Shown here in pieces: positions 60,005 to 64,000 of a DNA stretch of 64,000 nt (position 1 is its first letter; each line of letters begins with the position of its first letter). Location: assembly GCA_030390025.1 (NCBI GenBank), contig CM059433.1:29700001-29764000 (forward strand). Direction: 5' to 3'. Both the position numbers and the translations under genes were made by a program. A model generated the notes under the pieces. That model was not told the DNA's origin. It saw only the letters and a list, made by a program, of their open reading frames with translations, and did no database searches. The DNA comes from Squalus acanthias (lineage: Eukaryota).

Positions 60005-60225
60005 AAAGTATTAGGAAAGAGAGAGAAAGTGAGAGTGAGAAAGAAAGGGAGGAAAAGAAAGGAAGAAAGGAAAGAGAATGAAAGAGAAAGGAAGAGAAAG
60101 AAAGAAAGATAAAGCATTAGACAAAGAGAGTGAGAGAATGAGAATAAAGAAAGGAAGGAAAGAAATAATGAAAGAGAATGAAAGAAAGAGGGAAACACAG
60201 AAATAGAAAGAGAGAAAGGACAGAC
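60005..60225. repeat. GA-rich low-complexity repeat (continuation of 31150-31225)
   Basis: (GAAA/GAGA)n purine tract on both sides of element A. Confidence 0.85.
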
Positions 60226-60414
60226 AGTCTCACATTTATATAAAGTGCAAGAACCCGACAGTGGGAAAAATATAGGGTGAAAGTAAAGACTCTTATCTTG
60301 ATAGGGAAAAGATAAATGTATTCTGAAAATTGGAGTGTGCAAAAGGTTAAAAAAACATTTGCAAATGAATGCTGGAAAATTTTGTAAATGCAGTAAAACT
60401 TAAAATTACTCAGA

Positions 60415-62960
60415 ATCATAGAATGATACAGCACAGAAGATGTCCATTCGGCCCATCGTGTCTGTGCCGGATCTTTGTTAGGGCTATCCAATTACTCCCA
60501 CTCCCCTGTTCTTTTCCCATGGCCTTGCAAATTTTTTCCTACAATTATATGTCCAACACCCTTTTGAAAGTTACTATTGAATCTGCTTCCACCACTCTTT
60601 CAGGTAGTACATTCCAGATCACAACAACTCACTATGCAAAAATAAATTTCCTCATGTCGCCTCTGGCTCTTTTGCCAATTACCTTAAATCTGTGTCCTCT
60701 AGTTGCCGACCGTTCTGCCACTGGAAACAGTTTCTCCTTATTTTATCTATCAAAACCCTTCATGATTTTGAAAACCTCTTTCAAATCTCCTCTTAACCTT
60801 CTCTGCTCTAAGGAAAACAACCCCACAGTCTCTCCACATAACTGAAGTCCCTTATCCCTGGTACAATTCTAGAAAATCTTTTCTGCACCCTCTCTAAGGC
60901 CTTGGCATCCTTCCTCAAGATTGGTGCCCAGAATTGGACACAATACTCCAGCTGAATCCTAACCAGTGTTTTATAAAGGTTTAGCATAACTTCCTTGCTT
61001 TTAGGGGGCGATTTTCCCACTGGGGGCAAGATGGAGGCGGGTTTCGGTTTGGGCAGGTTTGAAACCCGCCTCCACTGATAGTTTTCAAAAAATTGCGATT
61101 TTCCCCTGATTGGCCACTTGATTTCAGAGGTGTGGGATGCCCTTGGTCAATTAGTGTTTTGGGACTGAAATTCGCCTCTGCTGACATCACTTTTCCAGCC
61201 TGATTTTAGGGCTTCTTGCTGCCTTGGATCATTCCACTGGATTTCTGCCTATGCTGCACCACCTACAACATATTCTGAGAAACCATTATGTCCAATTCCA
61301 AGGCAAGGGTCTCCCCGAGGCTCTCGGATGAGGCGCTGCAAATGTTGTTTGAGGGGGTGACAGCTAGCAGGGAGGTGCTCTTCCACTCATCTGGGAGGAA
61401 GAGGCCTGCCAAAAAAAACAAGGCTGTGTGGGTACAGCTGGCAAGGGATATAACCTCCAGATCTGTGTGCAGATTGGGTGAATGATTCTGTGTATTGATA
61501 AAATGCCATCCCTGTTGGAAAGCATTAAAATGATTTGATGCCAAAATGTTGGCGTTATGGCATCTGTTCTTTCGCCTTAGGCAGCTCGACATTGCGGGCT
61601 CCGCCACACTTGCGTTGTCAGGTTGGTGGCCAGAGAGTCATGTCCATTGTCAATGATGTCTTAAGATGGAGCCAAGGACTTGTGCCAACTTGAGCAACCT
61701 ATGCAAATCTGGCCAGGATAAGTTAATCCCTTGCATCACGGGCAGCCATGTGCTCGCGTGCTGCCGCTGCTGCTGGTCGATACACCGGCGCTCTGACCTC
61801 CTCCTGCTCCTCCTCCTCCTGCTCTTCCTCCTCCTCCTGCTCCTCCTCCAGATCCTCCTCCTCCTCAGCCTCCTCCTCAGCCTCCTCATCCTCCTCCTCC
61901 TCCTCCTCATCCGAACCTGAGGTCCATGGTGAAAGAAAACGAGTGGTTCCCATGATGCTTATAGATGTCTCCGTTGGGGAAGCGCTCATTGCAAGCGGGG
62001 AGAGGGTCTTCCAAGGAGATCCCACAGTTGATTGATTCAAGCTGCAGCACCTCCGACCTTTTAAAGCAAAGTTCTGCCAACTGCAACTAATCCCTGATGA
62101 AATAAACAATTTAATGTTGGACCTGCAGCTGTGAGGAGACCACCCACTGGTCAACCCGCCAGGTTTAGCTGGCATGGTTTAGGAGGGTCGTGGAACACGC
62201 CGAAATGGTCGAAAATCACGAGGGCCTCTCAAAATAGGCTTAGAGAAGCCCATAACGAGCATTTAATCCTCTTAACAAGCACTCTGGCCAGCTGGAGGCG
62301 GGACCGTTTCCCGCCCCGCAAAACCTGCACCGGCAAAATCCCGCGGAGGCGGGTTCCGAACCCGCACTCATTGTTTCTGATTTTCCCGCCTTTCCCGCCT
62401 CCAAACACGCCTCCTCGGACGTCAGAAAATCGCCCCCTATACCTCTATTAATAAAGCCAAGGATCCAATATGCTTATTTAACAGCCTTCTCATCTTGTCC
62501 TGCCACCTTCAACAATTTGTGAACATACACCCCCAGGTCTCTCTGTTCCTGCACTCACTTTAAAATTGTATCATTTAGCTTATATTGGCTCTCCTCATCC
62601 TTCCTACCAATGTATCACTTCACACTTCTCTGTGTTAAATTTCATCTGCCATGCGTCTGCCCATTTCACCAGTCTTTGTCCTCCTGAAGTCTGTTACTAT
62701 CCTCTTCATTGTTTATTACATTTCCAAGTTTAGTGTCATCTGCAAACATTGAAATTATTCCCTGTATACCCAAGTCCAGGTTATTAATATATATCAAAAA
62801 GAGCACTGGTCCTAATAACGACTCCTGGGGAACACCACTGTATACTTCCCTCCAGTCTGAAAAACAACTGTTTACCACTACTTTCTGACCCTTAACCCAT
62901 TTTGTATTCACACTACCACTGCCCCTTTAATCCCATGGGCTTTAGTTTTGCTAACAAGCT
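60415..62960 (-). mobile_element. CR1 LINE 3' fragment split by a Harbinger-type element
   Basis: [19 protein letters not shown] and SGVPQESLLGPVLFLIYIN..MFADDTKL peptides on either side of 61004-62437. Confidence 0.85.
61004..62437. mobile_element. Non-autonomous TIR element with Myb/SANT remnant
   Basis: Perfect 13-bp TIR GGGGGCGATTTTC / GAAAATCGCCCCC flanked by TA; 61288-61485 RVSPRLSDEALQML...LF..SG...W.QLA; (CCT)n tract 61796-61910. Confidence 0.8.
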
Positions 62961-63154
62961 TGTACATTGTAACTTAATGATGAAAATCTGAATTAGTTGC
63001 AGACATATACTGCAGGGCTTTAAGTTTTGCGATGGGTATTTGCATTTTGACCTCACAAATCCCAACTATTTTAATTACTATATAATTTTTATTACGATTC
63101 CGACATGTTAATGTTGAACTGCTGCCATTAGCACTGCACACAGACAAAGGCAAA

Positions 63155-63578
63155 TACATTTATATAGCGCTTTTCACAACTTCAGGATGTCCCAAAGCAC
63201 TTTATAGCCAATCAAGTACTTTTGAAGCATAGTCGCTGTTGTAATGTAGGGAACGTCAGCCAATTTGCATACAGCAAACTCCCACAAACAGCAATGAGAT
63301 AAATAAATGGGTCATCTGTTTTAGTGATGTTGGTTGAGGGATAAATATCAGTCAGGACACCGGGGAGAACTTCACTGCTCTTCTTTAAATAGTGCCATGG
63401 GATCTTTTTCAGAGAACAGATGGGCATTGTTGGAGATGCCATCCAAAACATGACACCTCCAACAATGCAGCACTCCCTCAGCCTAGACCTTGTGCTCAAG
63501 TCTCATGGAGTGGGACTTGAACCCACGACATTCTGACTCAAAGGGGAGAGTGCTACCCACTGAGCCACGGCTGACACA
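63155..63578 (-). mobile_element. Deu-domain SINE
   Basis: Homologous to 9935-10383. Confidence 0.75.
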
Positions 63579-64000
63579 GAAATTAGTACCACAAATGGAC
63601 TATAATCTCGGCAGAATTTCCGTACTGTGTAAAATGCAGTTGAGGCTGAGAAATGCTCAAATTTGCCCGGTGTCCCTGTGACTGGACAGGAAGAACAGGG
63701 ACTCTTTAACCTAAGGGGCAGAATTAGTTATAGCATTATCGTTAACATCACACAGTGAGATGCGAAATGCAGTATCAGCTGTACATGGTAATACATTGGC
63801 AAAGCTCATTCACTGCCCCTCTGTCACATATGTAAATAAGATGGAAATTAGGGCCTTTCAGGAACCAAGCAAAGTATATAACCGATTAGATGATATGCTT
63901 CAAATTGCAATGGAATGTCTCGCATTCTGTGGTAAGGTTGAGTTTACATCAAATTTTAATTCTGCACAAAGTTGATCAACTGTCATCTGTACAACAGTTT

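Noticed and set aside
61650..62175. Arg-, Glu- and Leu-rich ORFs
   Set aside because: Products of a (CCT)n tract inside a non-autonomous transposon

Overview
Eukaryotic, repeat-dense vertebrate DNA. The Deu-domain SINEs, CR1/L2 LINEs, Penelope and Harbinger families suggest a cartilaginous fish (inference). The only host coding sequence I recognise is the terminal exon of an ASRGL1-like isoaspartyl peptidase/L-asparaginase gene (21236-21447, +). The centrepiece is a young, nearly intact 12.7-kb endogenous retrovirus on the minus strand (39691-52364). It has 1.6-kb LTRs, a 4-bp AAGG TSD and a tRNA-Arg PBS that overlaps the first gag codons. Gag carries a PSAPPSY late domain and is joined in frame to pol through a UAA-CUAG stop; pol has two RNase H domains. 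Its intact env looks like a paramyxo/pneumovirus-F-type fusion protein (lokiretrovirus-like) but carries an N-terminal immunoglobulin-like domain and a C-terminal PDZ-binding motif. The provirus sits in a CR1 LINE inside a 28.8-kb nest of Harbinger elements that also holds two solo LTRs. A Gypsy LTR retrotransposon (107-4546) has no tRNA PBS but an 11-nt self-complementary site, suggesting self-priming. All calls come from reading the sequence by eye; no database search was run, and boundaries of old repeats are approximate.
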